This document shows positions 13,700 to 27,900 of a stretch of 64,000 nt of DNA, piece by piece. A program made the translations under genes and the position numbers. The number at the start of each line of letters is the position of its first letter. The first letter of the stretch is position 1. The notes under the pieces are model-generated. The model was not told where the DNA came from, made no database searches, and saw nothing but the letters and a program-made list of their open reading frames with translations. The DNA comes from Eledone cirrhosa (lineage: Eukaryota), in contig OZ024740.1 in NCBI GenBank assembly GCA_964016885.1, positions 375,472,001-375,536,000 of the forward strand, read 5' to 3'.

Positions 13700-15500
13700 A
13701 ACGAATGATTTTCTAAATCTCACAAAATTCACCCTACACTAATGGATGCTTCCCACTACAATGTACTCCTCGCATCTGCAAATACTCATTAACATAGAAT
13801 GATTCAATGACGTATGCTTGAACAAGCAGCAAACCCATAAAATAATCGTTAAATAGTTCAATATTCCAGAAATGCTAACCAGACTATTATAAATAATTAC
13901 TCGAAAATGAATTTTAATAATGGGAAAAATAAATATGCTCACAAGAAAGACGCGTATGATATATTATGAATTGTCGGCTTTTAGCAACCAACAATTCACG
14001 TATATTTCTCCATCTTTCTACAGCGTTGACAATCTTTTTCCGTAATTCGAATACATACACGTTCAAATCCTCCCCACGGTTCATAAGAAAAACATTAACT
14101 TGTTATCCCAGCTTCAATTGTAAGGGCTAAATTTCAACTATTCACATATATTGACCAACTTTGTCTTACCAGTGGTTGCAGCTATTCCAACACACACCAA
14201 GTATGTCTTCATCTCTGCAACATGTTTATAATTTTCCTCTGCATCTAGGGCATACTCAACGTGGATATTACGATCTCCGAGTGGAAACCTCCTAACACGA
14301 TGGAAACCAAATTCTAAATGCTTCTTTGATCATTGTACAACGCTTGAGATCAACACCTTTTTCGTTTAGTGCCTCCTAACCTCAAACCCAACTCCTTCGT
14401 TTTCAGTAATATCTAACAATATTTCATTTGGTTGGTATAGATGTTTCTCAACTAGTCGAGACCTATTCGTGGGCACGTTGAAACCTAAACCTACCTCATT
14501 TTCTTTATTCCATTGTTAAATTTTTCGTTTATTAATTTCTGTCTTACACTAAATTTCGCATTTATCACCTCCAACGCCTTTGGTAACGTCCAGGATAATT
14601 CTATTTCTGTTTACAAACTGCAATCATCCATCTTCATGTTTCATCCACCCAGTGACATTTTCATTGACCATGGCACCGTCTCATCCCACCTAAATTCGAA
14701 GTTGCTGTTACCTATTCACGCATCTCCGCTACAACTAATTCTATATGAAAATTTGAAATGTAACCACTCCCTTCAGTTCACTAATGCTTTTAGTGCCGTT
14801 GCTTCCACTGCACGCTGTACGTTGGGGAAATCGATCACCTCTCCTTCCCTCTTGCTTAATAGCTGCTCCTCCACCAGTCCCCTTCCTTTTCTCTTCAATT
14901 ATTATCTCACCATCATTCTCGTGGAAATTCCTTACCCCTTTACACATCTTTGTTCAGACGCGACAAATGTTTGACTGACTCTCAAGTAAACAGGCTTTTT
15001 TTATTGCTTTCAACTACCATTTTCGATATTTGTCACTTCTTTCAAGTTGTCGCCACATTACACAAACATAACTCGATATTTTATGCCACCAATTATTCCA
15101 CCATTACGTCTAAGAATATCAAGTATGCTATTAAAGGCTGAACAACATACGGCCCACAGACAAGCTAGAAAAGACTTGTCATAAAAAGCAGAGAAGATAA
15201 CGTCATCTATTCCATCTCATGTTAGTAGAAACTCCACCCTGAAACCGAATACAATGAAAGCTTCAATTGTAAAGTGAAATCTAAGCTTATCGCTTGTGTT
15301 GGAAGTGATAAGTTATGCCCCAAATGTAGCCCCAAAATGGGAAGCTGCTTATTCCATACGAAGTAGAAATGTGTTAGATATCCACAAAGTTCGAGGAGAG
15401 CATTGTTCAGTTGTGATGGCTGCATCAAGTTTGTTTTAATGTGCTTATTCTGTCTGTCGAAGAAAGTCCTCTGTACTTTCTTTGTGACAAAAGCGTGTGG
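13700..15500 (-). mobile_element. Possible heavily decayed Ty3/gypsy gag-pol remnant
   Basis: Correctly ordered but weak remnants HRVRRFPL, STL*KDG, FNDYFMGL, EEYIVVGS recall gypsy RT motifs. Confidence 0.25.
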
Positions 15501-15799
15501 GGTCTGGAAAAGTCAACAGTAGCTCGGAAATGGCAATATTTGATCATCATACTTGTTGAACTATATTTGATATTGTCCATGTTAAGTTAATATGGTGCAT
15601 CATGAGATTCAGATTAATCATTCGACTCACATTCTTAATCATGTTACAGCTTGATTAAGTGCGGCTAATAAGCAAATTTGAATTGTAGCCTCGGCTGCAT
15701 ATAATGACAGATAATGTCAGTTCCTCGGAAGGTAAGACGATCAAAACAGGAGTAAATAGGCTAGATGTATAATATACTTTGTATGTAGGCAAAATACCC

Positions 15800-16090
15800 C
15801 CACCGGTCACGAATGTCCATGGGATTTGCATCTAATTTTCCCTCCGAGAACAAGTCCTAGCAAGGTTTTTGTGGAAGACCAGCAATCAACAATGCTTACC
15901 AGACTATCTCTACACGCCACCGATGAGGTCCAAGGGAAAGGCAATGGCCGATACAGCTTGCAAAAGGGACGTCGCAACTCATTTTTAGAGATGAATAAAC
16001 TGGAGCAACATGAAATAAAATGTATTGCTCAAGGATACAGCGCATCACCCGGTCCGTGAATCGAACTAATAACCTTATAATAACCTTACA
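15800..16090 (-). mobile_element. Second SINE-like family
   Basis: Minus strand has B-box-like gttcgattc followed by ccttgagcaatacatttt, as in tRNA-derived SINE cores. Confidence 0.5.
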
Positions 16091-16092
16091 CG

Positions 16093-16123
<31 letters not shown>

Positions 16124-16250
16124 ATAATAATAAATGTGAAGACTAAAATCCAAAGAGGGCTCGATAAGGATAAATATATATCAAATATATAAGAACCGTA
16201 GAGCAAATATTTATTTGCAACATTGTTTGAAATATCCACTTTTGCGTTTA

Positions 16251-16324
16251 CAGATTGACTTTGTTAGTTTCAGAAGATCCCGTTAAGGGTGAAAGCAGCG
16301 ATTCTTTGCTTAAACTTTAATCTG
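16251..16324 (+). ncRNA. Hammerhead fold with CAGAAGA (U4A) core (family D); copies at ~45929-46002 and ~56855-56930, partial fold-back at 35880-35991
   Basis: cagattga..agttt-CAGAAGA-tccc gttaa gggt-GAAA-gca gcgattctt tgc-TT-aaact ttaatctg, followed by aataaa. Confidence 0.6.
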
Positions 16325-16346
16325 TTATTTTAATAAATATATATAT

Positions 16347-16597
16347 AAACAAGATGGCGTAGGACAGAACAAATGAGAGGCACAAAAACAAATAAATGAA
16401 TCCCCAGTCACTGAAGAGGTCACAGAATGTGTGACGAAAGAACTTTGACAATATATAAACAACCATCTGGTTGTGGAACCAACTAACCAACCGGAAATTT
16501 ATAAATTCCTAAATGTATAAATGTCTTATAATAAATTGAAGTGAAAGCAATGGTGCGTGTGTTTCTTATTGGCAACATGACCCTCCCAAAGTATAAC

Positions 16598-16602
<5 letters not shown>
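16347..16602 (+). mobile_element. Non-autonomous PLE or solo pseudo-LTR (family B) in (TA)n
   Basis: Near-identical to 33331-33588; flanked by TA repeats; contains a hammerhead. Confidence 0.8.
16407..16449 (+). ncRNA. Minimal type I hammerhead ribozyme (family B)
   Basis: gtca-CTGAAGA-g gtcaca gaatg tgtgac-GAAA-gaac-TT-tgac. Confidence 0.8.
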
Positions 16603-16629
<27 letters not shown>

Positions 16630-16664
16630 TAGATATAGATATATAGATATATAGATAGATATGT

Positions 16665-16997
16665 TTCTTTTTATTTGCCACCAGGGCATCAAAAAGTGGG
16701 ACAAGTACAATGGGGGGAGTTTACACAAAAAGGCGAGTAAAGAAAACAAATAACAAATATAAAATTAACAATAAAGTCCTCAATAGGGAGGGGGCGTATG
16801 GGGGGTCGCACACACCCCCGAAAAAAGTGTGCAACCCCTTCTCCTCAGGAGCACAGAGAGAGGGTGCTCCCTCGTTCCTTCCTCTTTTCCACCTACAGGC
16901 TGATGTAAAGAGAAGGCCCATTCACACGGGCCATTCTCGCCACTTTCACCCACCTTTCATAAAAACGACTGGGGTGGAGCACCTCTCTCTCCATCCT
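16665..16997 (-). mobile_element. L1/Tx1-like 3' end fragment
   Basis: Reverse complement contains gaatggcccgtgtgaatgggc and a T-rich 3' UTR like 28890-29185 and 24575-24900. Confidence 0.8.
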
Positions 16998-17229
16998 GAT
17001 AGATAGATAGATAGATATACTTAAAATGTATTCCCCCATATTAACGTTACATTCATCCTCTTGTTAATTTCTTCTCTCTATCTCTCTCGTAGTATTAATA
17101 TTTTTTTCTCTCTCTCTTTCTTCTCTCTCTTTCTCCAGTGTCATTTAAATAAACGGTTGTTTTTCAATTATTTACATATTCATTTGCATATTCACACATA
17201 AGTTTGAATAATCCCTAATATATTTCCAC

Positions 17230-19620
17230 TATCCAGTGAATTTCCAACCGATAAGGTATGATTTTCATGGGTACGTCTCTATTTATAAAATAAACTCTGA
17301 TGAAAGCGTACCAATGTTGTCTTGGTTGCCCTTGAAATATATATAATAAAATAAATATGTTTTTTATAAATATAGTTTCCATTTATTTACTGTCATTGAA
17401 CGTTTACTCCAGTAAACTGTTGAGTGCTCTAAATCAGTTATAAACATTTATGTTTGTCGGATTTCCAACAAATTAAATACAACTTCTACATATAAATAGT
17501 TTCTTTAATGTTGAGCACTTTAAATTATAACTGATTGCTAAATAATGGAATTCTTTAGAATTTTTTCTTCTCTAAAAGATGTATCTTTACCTAAGAATAA
17601 GGACTATCTTAAACAACTCATTGAGAAATCTGACTCCTTTATACGAAGACTTAGAGGGTGTGCCCTCCATTTCGATAGAAAATCAGATGAAAAAACAAAT
17701 AAATCCAGTTACAACTTCGATATGATCTTCAAATCCAAGAAAAATCCACCTAACAACAAACTATTAATGGAATTTGAAAATGAAATACTATCAATTATAC
17801 AAAACATCAAATTCAAGAAAAGACAATTTGCAGGCCAGGAATACCTTAAAGGCCTTAAAAATGATATAGACAATCTTGAAAAAACTGAGAAAATCCTCGT
17901 AAAATCTGACAAAACTAACAATCTACACAGAATGCAAAAGGACGAATACAATAACCTTATATTGAAAGAACTAAGGAAAAACTACAAAATAACAAGCAAT
18001 GAAGATTTGGAAATAGTAAATAGCGAAGTTTCTGAAATAATTTATAAATTAGGCATTGAAAATAGGACCGATCCCTTTATACCTAGAAAATCAAAAATGA
18101 ACCTGAAAGACCACAAAATAAACTTTGAAATAGAACTACCAATCAGACTTAGGCATAGTTAGTAAACATATATTAGATAGAATCATACCACAATTTAAAG
18201 AAATATCTTACCTAAAACCATGGAACGGTACTAACGAAGTTATAGATTGGTTCAATAACATAAAATTTAAACATAACAAAAAATTAATTCAATTGGATAT
18301 TGCAAACTACTTCTCCTCCATTACTCCTAATTTAGTTATCTATGCATCTAAATATACAGATTTATCTAGCGAAGAAATGCATATCATTTTAACCGCACGG
18401 AAAACTTTAATTGAATTCAACAATGATCTCTGGACTAGAGCTGATAGAAAAAATAATTTTGATATCACCATGGGGTAATCGGACTCGGCGCAAATAGTAA
18501 TTCTGAAATTAATAGAAAAAGAAAATCAATAATACAATTTTTCAATAGCTACAATCTTAAGTTAGAAATAGAGAATAACTATCAAATTGTTAACTTTTTA
18601 GACGTAACATTAAACCTTAATACAGGGCTCTACTATCCATTCTATAACATTAATGAGAATCTAAACTACGTAAGTTTTAACTCTAATCATCCTAGGTCTA
18701 TCAAGAACACTATTGTAAATTATATCCAACAACGTACTTCACGCATCTCGGCTAATAAAAACATTTTTGACGATAAGGCAGAATATTATAATGAAGCTTT
18801 AAATAGAGCAGGCTATATAAATAAGATTAAATACATCGACAGCAGTGATTAGGCAAATAACCCTACTAATAATTATAATTACAATAAAAAATATAACTTA
18901 AACTCTAAAACTAACAGAAGAAATAGAACTAGAAATATAATTTGGTACTCACCCCAATTCTCATTAAGCGTTAACACACCTTTAGCAAAGCTATTCTTTA
19001 AAGCACTAGATAAATATTTTCCAAAAGCCCATAGATACCACTCAATCTTTAACAGACATACAATAAAACTATCTTACTCTACTACTATAAACATATCACA
19101 AAATATAAATAGAATCAATATTAAAAATTTAAACCATAACCAAAATTGCAGTAATATCTCTAGCAATATCCAACATAATAGTACCGTTTAAAATATAAGT
19201 GCTTATATAAGTACGTGGTCTATAAAGGCACAGTCAAAACCAGTGATAATATATTTAGCTATGTAGGTGCAAGTTCTACAGAATTTAAAATTCGTTGGAA
19301 TAATCACAAATGCTCTTTCCGAAAACTTGATAACAAATCTTCAACTTCTCTATCAAACCTGAGATGGAACTTAAAATGCAGAAATATGGACTATTATTTA
19401 ACTTGGGGAATACTTTCGAGGCACCTTCCTATCCAAACACAGCTTTATCTAGATTTTGCAAATTGTGTGTTGAGGAAATATTTCTTCATACTTAAAATTA
19501 AGAAATCTTTTAATGTACGGACGAATTTATTTAGTTCTTGTAAACATCGCCTAAATTCAACGTTTAGAACTATATGTAAATTATAATTACATTTATAATA
19601 TTTCTAGGTATCCTCATAAC
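17230..19620 (+). mobile_element. Penelope-like element, decayed: pseudo-LTR, RT (internal deletion) and C-terminal GIY-YIG
   Basis: ORFs 17545-18162 (KSDKTNNL, LKDHK..F), 18293-18478 (DIANYFSSI, FDITMG) and 19215-19586 (VYKG..SYVGAS..FKIRWNNH, CKHR); homologous to 58294-60975; YRDD segment missing after ~18495. Confidence 0.92.
17297..17353 (+). ncRNA. Minimal hammerhead in the PLE pseudo-LTR (family C)
   Basis: CTGATGA-aagcgtacca..tggttgccctt-GAAA-tatata-TA-ataaaata; stem I is degenerate here but intact in the 43.7-43.9 kb copies. Confidence 0.7.
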
Positions 19621-20769
19621 AACCTTATCCACTCTTTTTTAATATATTGTTATCTGTAAATCATATCTATAATATTTGCTATAATTTCACTTCTTAAAAT
19701 GTCTTAAAATATATGATACTAACTTTAAAATTTTTAATTTTAATTTTACTTTTAATATTTTTTAATTTTTTTTAATTTTTAATTTTTTATTTTTTATTTC
19801 CTAAATTTTTCATATATTTTTTTTAATTACTCATTATTTTTTTTAAAATTAACTTATCTCTTATGAATTAATTTTTTTTAATTTTTCCGAATTTTTAATA
19901 TTTTTTAATACATTTTTTTTAATATCTTTTATTAGATTAATAACCACTAACGAAGCTGTTTGTGCCTGCATGTTTATTTTAAAACATGGTGTTTGAGTAA
20001 AAGTCTGTATATGCAAGTATGCATGTTACGAACAAAAGTTTATTGTTGTAGTACATAAAAGTGAGAAGATCGCAGAAATTGAATTATGAAGGAATTTCAA
20101 ATCGAATCCCGATACAACAATCTCTGAAATTTCGTTTATTTCTCTAAAACGAAAATTAATTACCTTGTGATTTCATTCTTAAGATATTTTGGATTATTAC
20201 ATATACCCTAATGCAATATGTATCCCCTGATTATATCGAATTAAATTTGTATTACACTATAACAAAAAGTTCTTCGACATCCTGAGATGTATTTATATAG
20301 AACTTACACTTCTTACCAATACCGGCGCATACACGCAGAAACAGATACGCTCATATAATCATATACACAATGTATTAAAGATCTTAGTCATTAACTACCT
20401 TTATCAGAACATCTTCTACACTGAGAAACATCATTCATTATTTTATATCTGCCGTAATTATTAAACAATTAAAATGTTATTTAAAGCGATGGATCATAAT
20501 GAACAAATAAATCCTGAGACGGCACACTTTCATTACTTTGCTTTAATTACTACTATCGTTTAATTAATCTACTACCGCCTCAGCGTCGCACCTTGCCCCC
20601 TTCAAATTTTGGCAAATCGGAGCGCCTGCTCCATTAGTGACGTGGTTCATCTGCTGCCGGTGGCCTGTACACGATGGATTAAGGATGCGCAAACATGCGC
20701 TGCGGATACGGCTTCTCCATGTATTACTAAACGGTTAACAAGGTTGTTACCATAAGTCAGACAGCGCGA

Positions 20770-21735
20770 CTCTTTGACTGAGATGTAGTCAATGATGTCG
20801 GAAATTGGGCACCTGGAATCTGGTATGTTGTCAGGCACTAACTGACTTCTTCCAAGCGGGCAATGTCGTTAGTGAACATGTCACTGTAGAGCTCTGTATA
20901 GTGCTAGTGGGGGGAAATTGTGCCTACCCTCTCGGAGAGACTCTGGCAGTCGACGAAATCTCACTAAGCAGTCTGTTCCGAAGGACTTTCGAACTGGGGA
21001 TTATGGACAATCTCCAAAGCTCCATGTTGTGGCATTTCTATCAGTTCGAGTTAAAACCCTGGAAGCGCGGTCTGAAAGTCTTCTCCGAAATGCGCACAGA
21101 GTGATGAAACCGCTTTGCAGGCACTCGGCCAGTGTCCGTGCATTACTGACTTGCATAATTTTGTCGAACAGCTATTATCGCACGATGGACTCTCCGACTA
21201 TTGACCGTGTCGATTGTGAAGATCGACTCGTTGCCTTCTCTAGGCTGGAAAGGGCAGGCTGTTTTCCTTCGACTGGTGGCTACAGTGAAATAAGTTGCGT
21301 TGTGGACGTAGCTGAAAGGATCTACGACAGATACTTTCCTCTTCAGCCAATCCTTCATTTTCAAATCCTGCTTGGAGAATAATGTAAGGGTAGAGAGTGA
21401 AGTGCTGGATCTCTGTACATCTGCTAAAATGTTGCTGAATGTATCGAAGATGAACCGATCGAATGGCTCTACCTAGACTATGCGAATGTAGGCTGGATAG
21501 TTAGGTCTGGAGATTGGTGCCCTCATAGTGTGGTGTTGGATATGGTAATTGAGTATTGTTGACTTTTGTTTGTTATGTAAATTGTTGTTTAATTTTATAT
21601 ATTATCCTTTCTTATTTTACACCCCATTTGTTCCTGTATTTTGTATCTTCCTACCTGTCTCACCATTGATGCCAATGAAGAAAGCCTTATTCTCATTATT
21701 TTTATTGTTATTATTAGTATTATTATTATTAGTGT
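20770..21735 (+). mobile_element. L1/Tx1-like 3' fragment with (TTA)n tail
   Basis: ORF 20805-21104 WNLVCCQALT...LGETLAVDEISLSSLFRRTFE..MDNLQ parallels 28145-28537. Confidence 0.85.
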
Positions 21736-21899
21736 GCTAAATCTCTCGAGACACGTATAACTACGACGGAGTAAGTTAGTTGATTTTTTATGTGTTAATG
21801 AAATTTCATACGGAATATTATACATTGTTGTGTAGCTAAACAAATCGTCTTTCAGGAGAGGTTTAACTGTAACTGTCGCTCTTCAGAAAATCGTGTTTC

Positions 21900-24800
21900 T
21901 TTGCAATTACACCTCTCAATTCTCTTTTCTTTTAAATTGTTGGAAATTTTTTTTTTCTAAATTCCAGACGGAAAAATATTTGTCCGCAGGGAAAAACAGT
22001 GGGTTTTTCAGAAAGTCGAACAGCCCTTTTCGTCCAATCGCATGGCAGGAGAAACAACAAGAGAAGCAGCAGCAACAGTGGCAGTAGCATTGACAACAAC
22101 AGCAGCAGCACCAGCAGTAACGGATTTAACATTTCCAGCAGCAGAGAATACACAACGCCAGATTAATACGATAATTTCCCGTCGCTAGAAAAATCAACCC
22201 CAAGAATTACAAACAAAGATAACACTAACAACAGCGCCAGCGCCACCACCACCTTATCAACAACAATAGCAGCGTCCGCAAAAAAGTCTCACTTATCCAC
22301 CCAGCGTCATGAAAAACCGACGTTTTGTGTTCGTTTTCCTACCACGCAATTGGACAGAAATCGCGCTGGGTGAAACAGGCGACTGGGTCGCAGGTCCCAA
22401 GGCTATGGATGCGGTCTGAGCACAGAAAACCTACATAGCCCGAGGACCGATGTATGGCTCAGTGGATGTTCTTGTAGTAAGACGCCTTACACCCCCTGGC
22501 GGATAATGGACCAAGCCTAGTTGTCTCCCCCTGGTTGAGAACCCCTTTCTAGGTAAGCAGCAGACAGCCACGGGAAAGCAGACAGCAAACCGCAGACGGC
22601 CTCTGTACCATGAAACAATAGACAGACCACAGCACCCAGAAAACAGCTTTTGTAATTGTAATACGTTGCCTTCACCACAACTGGATCACGTAAATATTGG
22701 TATGTTGGTTCATTTGTAATATAATAAACACATGATAAACAAAATAAACATCACCTTTATTTACATTGTTGAATATAACTCTCGTTGTGGTTATTATCTT
22801 GTCTACGCACACACCCACTCACTTGTTATAATTCTATGGAGTACCTATCGTTTCACTTACACAAATGGTAAATAGTCGAGGGACTTTCCCTCACGTCTAT
22901 ATTGATAAAAACTCCAACTAGGATACATCAATTACCACATTCTCTTCGCTACACAGGAAGAAGCAGAGCAATTTCCATTACGCCACTCCGCAGTGACACA
23001 AATAGTGATGGTGCCCCCATCTGCGGCCAGAGAGTCGTTAGGGTCCGATTGACCCAGCTTCTGCCCCTCAGTGGAGATCGCTTACCTGATGGCGGCCGTC
23101 CTCGCTGACGTCGAGGAGTCAGCAATAATCCTAGATGTCATGCGTATAAGACAGGAAAACTGGGCAGGCTCGTGGATGGAGCATAGAGGCCATCCCCGTG
23201 GTGTTCGACCTGGACGACGGCAGCCATCTACCTGATGGTAGGCGCCCAAGGTGTCACGCGTGCGGTGACAAGTCGCACCTTCAGGCCTTCCGATCCAAAC
23301 TCAAGAAGGCGGGAACGCGCTCCCTCTTCTACCAACGTCGTGTTCCGCGACTGGAATGGCCAAACCATCCGAGGCCGCAATGGCAGAAATACAACAAACA
23401 CCAACGACAAAAACACCATCTCCTCCACCACCAACAGTAGCAACAAGACTAATGGAGAGCATGCCCGTTCCCGATATCGCGAAATCGTAGAGGGAGAGTG
23501 ATGACGCTGAAGGGTGGAAAACTATCGCAACGAAAAAAATTAAGAACTCCCTACCTTCGCCCGCCAAAAAGAGAGAGGAGATAAAACAAAAAGATCCCAC
23601 CACAATCACCATCAATAATCACATCCCCACAAACCACCTGCATCATCACCACCACCACCGAGTAGAGTGAACACTCTCACCCAGAAATGGGCCGTCCGTC
23701 ATGCCTTGTCCTAGGCCTTACCTGACTGCGCTGGAGCGTTTGCTCTTTCGCTTTTTGTGGAAGGGACGCGATCCAATGGTCAGACGGTCCACCTGCTGTC
23801 AACACCCGCTATGCGGAGGATGGACATGCTGTGACTGATGATGCGTGGACATGCGCTCAGGCTACGCCATCTCCACCTCTTCCTCAGCGGTGATCAGTTG
23901 TGGTCGCCATTTGTTAGAGACGTATTTCCCCCGCTCGTCTCCTTGACGGAGTTGCAGTACTGGGTCAAGCGAAGAACGAGAGGGAGAGCTTGGGGATCGG
24001 TTTGTCTTCTGGCGCTGATAGCCCTCGACCAGTGGGGCGATGTGATCGGTAGAAACTCCACCTTGTTGTTCTATAGAGGATTAGTGGAGGTAAAGAGCGA
24101 CGACGTCGTTATGAAGACTCTGGATGTCGATGAAAATCAACTAGCGAATCTCTTTGGGAGAACTTTCGGGCCGGAGTCCATGGACAATTTCAATAAATCC
24201 CATGCTAGGCTTTACTACCGAGGAACTTTGCCAGTTCAGGATGAATTCTACAGGCACCGAAGTTCCATCATCCAGTGTACCAGCATCGCTGACTTGTGTG
24301 TTTATGTTGAACACCTGATGTGACGTGTAGGACGGATCTGAGTCCAATGTGAAGATTTCACCGCCCCTCCTTTAACCAGGAGGAGCAGGCACTTTTTATC
24401 AGCCTGGTGGCCATTGTAAAAGAGGTCGTAAGGAGGACGCATCAGAGAGGGTTGAAGACAAGAACCTTCGGTGACGCCTGCATTAACATTTTCAGGTTTC
24501 CCCTGAAAGGAAAATCAGGGTGGAGAGAGAAGTGCTGCCTTCCAGCCCGTTTGTTGAAAGCTGGGTGAGAGAGGCAAGAATGGCCCGCGTGAATGGGCTT
24601 GCTCTAAGCGTGTGCCTGTAGTATCGTTGGAGGAAAACTGGAAGAGGGCTCTTGCCCTAGCTGTCTGGGTGACAGTGGCTTATTTCTGGGCTTTCTCCAC
24701 GAGTGACCCAAGGAAGTCTCCCCCACCATATTGGGGAATTTTTCGTTGTTTCTTTTTGTGTTAAATCCTTTGATTTGGTGTTTATACATATAATTTTGTT

Positions 24801-24920
24801 TTTGCTTTTTACACGCAGAAATACCCATTTTTACCGTCCTGTACTGTCCTGTGTTGTCCTTAACGTCATAAATTATGACAACATTTGCAGTTAATAAAAA
24901 AAACATTATTATTATTATTA
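21900..24920 (+). mobile_element. L1/Tx1-like element with large internal deletion (ORF1 remnant and ORF2 C-terminus)
   Basis: ORF1 remnant with zinc knuckle CHACGDKSH (~23250); ORF 23838-24323 HALRLRHL...MDNFNKS; aataaa and (att)n at ~24893-24920. Confidence 0.85.
22473..22939 (+). mobile_element. Solo LTR (467 bp, Ty3/gypsy-like 4-bp TSD)
   Basis: TG...CA termini with imperfect inverted ends tgtagtaa/ttaccaca; TTCT duplicated at 22469-72 and 22940-43; internal aataaa motifs; removal restores the host frame SVDVLFATQEEA. Confidence 0.85.
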
Positions 24921-27900
24921 TTGATCTGAACGGACGTCTTTGTGCTCGCTTTCGTAAGTCTCTTTATTTACCTGTCAGAACTTAGTTCTTGTTAAATTTG
25001 TGTTGTTGTGTAAGGGATATAAGCCCTTGGACTTTGCCCTGTTATGAGGAAAGTATGATATTTGGGCATTTTGGCCCAAATATTTGAACCTTTTACATTT
25101 TTAAAAATTATTGGAAAAAAACAAAAAAGAACATGGCTGAGCCACGCCCCCATCAATATGTCAGCTATCATGTGACAACGACGTAAATGTTGAGAGGAAC
25201 AACAAACACCACCACAAAAAACGTGAACAATGTGACCAATGACAACAACACTGAGAACACTAATTTTGAAAAAATGACAACATCAACCACAACACTAACA
25301 GCGACAACCAAAATACAGACAACAGAAAAAAATGACAACAAATGCAACAACAATATTAACACCATCAGCAAGAATACAACCTGCACCGGAACAACAACAA
25401 CGCCGGCACCAAAGATATAACCAACAAGAAGAACACTTTAGCTCCGACAGCAGCCAAAATGAGACCATGCTTCAGCATGAACCTCTGGAACAAAGATGAA
25501 AAGTTGACCCAGGCCTGGAAGCTAGAGCAAACCATCAAGCAAGAGCAAACCTGGGCCAACTTAACTGTCTCGGTAGAAGCTATTGAAGCAGTGGATCGCA
25601 GAATGATGCATTACAGATGCATCTCAGCAGAACCCAAGAGAGCAGCCTTAATTTCACAAGCATATGTCGAAGTCGCGCTGAGGTACATCAGGGATGACAC
25701 CGAATACATAGCGAGGAGCAGACAACACGGCACCATTTCGGTGCTGTTTAAGTCAACGACCGTCGCTATGAAACATGCTATGACACCTTTCAAAATCAGC
25801 AAGGCCATAATGTACTCCTTCCACATGAAAAAGAACAGCCCATCTGCGCATTCCCAGAATCACACCAGCACTTTACATGTGGTGGCTTGTGGTATGTGTG
25901 ATTGTGGAGGGCAAGGATACCGTCCCGATAAAAGTATCAAAAACTGCCAAAGAGGGATAGCCCGGGGTGGACCTGGAGATACTTCTCCAGATCAGGCCGG
26001 AGAATGTCAAACAATCCCGGACCACATCCGTCTTCAGAACTGGACGGTAATTCACATCATGACCGAGGGCAAAACGTCGCATTGTTTCGTTTGTGGGGAA
26101 AAATCCATTTGCGAGCATTCTGCCGTCAACTGCTGAAAGATACAAGGAGCTCCACTGCTGCCGACACCGGGGCGAGGACCGCCACCAACACCAGCACCGC
26201 AAAAACCACCAGCAACAACACCAATAGAAACACAACCACCAACATTGACCACCCAGGGGTGAAACGAGGAAAGTTGTCAAATTCCCCCTCCCCCCAAAAT
26301 ACACACATCAATAAAAACATAAACACATACACAGACACAGGCACACTCACAGACACAGACTCCTCATCTACCAGTAGGAAAGATGAGGGAAAACCAAAAT
26401 GCCCCAAAATACAAAAAAGGAAACACAAAAAGAAAAAAAAAATCTCAACAAAGCACAACAAACACCCACGATAAAAAATGCAGACACCACCCACACAAAC
26501 ATCTCCCCAACAGCACCAACATCAACACCACCATGACAAGAATCCCCCAAACGCAAGCAACATAAACAGACGCAAGAACAAATACACACACAAACATCTG
26601 AAAACATATACACCGCACTCACAACAAACACAGACCCAACCGAAGATTTGTTTCTGGTGCGAATGTCGCTCGATTTATACAAAGAGATACGAGACAACTT
26701 TCCTCGGGACGTGGGAACCCCGAACGTAAAACCCACTTCAAGAGTTATAAAGGAGTTCCCAAAGAAACCCCACCAACTATGGAGGTCGAACCACCCGACT
26801 TTCACAAGAGCCCGGAAGGTAAGTAAACCTTTCCTCTCTCTTTTAGCCTGCTGACATAGCCGTATTAAGAGTAGGAAGTTTAAATGTTCGGGGCCTGGGA
26901 TCGTCCTGGAAGCAGAGTCACTTGCTCATCGATCTCAGGTCTCTAGAAATGGATGTAATGTCCATCAGCTAGACCAGGATTTCCCACATGCGCGCACTAG
27001 CCCCCATTTTGATCGACTATCCGATCTTCGCATCTGTTAGTCGGCCGGGAATGGAAGGTGGGGTGGAAGTGTTGTTTAGAAAAGGCCTGGACCTCAAGGT
27101 AAAGTCGATCTTCCGGGACCCAGACGGTAATTTGGTGGTCCAGGACGTGAACGTTAGCGCAGAGGTGCCTTTAGACTGGTAGCCATCTACGCCACTACTG
27201 GAGCAGCACCACCAGACTTCTTTAGACGACTGGAAGCCTTTCTGGATACGTCTTGCCCTTTACTGTTAGCGGGAGACTGGAACGGCATCATAGACGCACG
27301 ATAGGTACCATCGGTACCTAGAAGCTCTCCTCAAAGCAGCTGGCTTCGGCTCCGTTTTCAGAAGCTAGATCGCTGCAATGCACAGCGGAATCTGCTGAGT
27401 CGTCAAAGTTAATGGCCACCTTTCAGAAGCGTTTCAGATCTCCCGAACAGTCCGGCAAGGGTGCCCTCTCTCCTCCCTTCTGTTCGTATTGACTCTCGAT
27501 CCTTTACTGCGGAAGCTGGAGCTGTTGCAGGGCATCCCGCTCGAACCAGGACGTGGACAAGCTGTAAAGGTTATTGCCGACGACATCACCGTGATGGTGT
27601 CGGACACATCAGAAATCAAGGTGATCGGCAACTTATTAGAGGAATATGAAAAGTTGACGGGAGCAAAACTTAAACCGGAAAAGTCGGTGGGCTTGCAACG
27701 CTGCACCTGTACAGGCAGGACCATGCCGTCCAACAGCATCGTTGGGCGCTGGACGGACGGACCGGTAAAGTTGCTCGTGATTTGATTCGGGTCTGACCTC
27801 CAAGTGGATAAGGATTGGGACGAGGTGACAAGCAGGGTAGCCAGTCTCACCCAGAAATGGGTTGCGAGGAAGCTATGACTGAAAGGTCGGGCGGAGGTGG

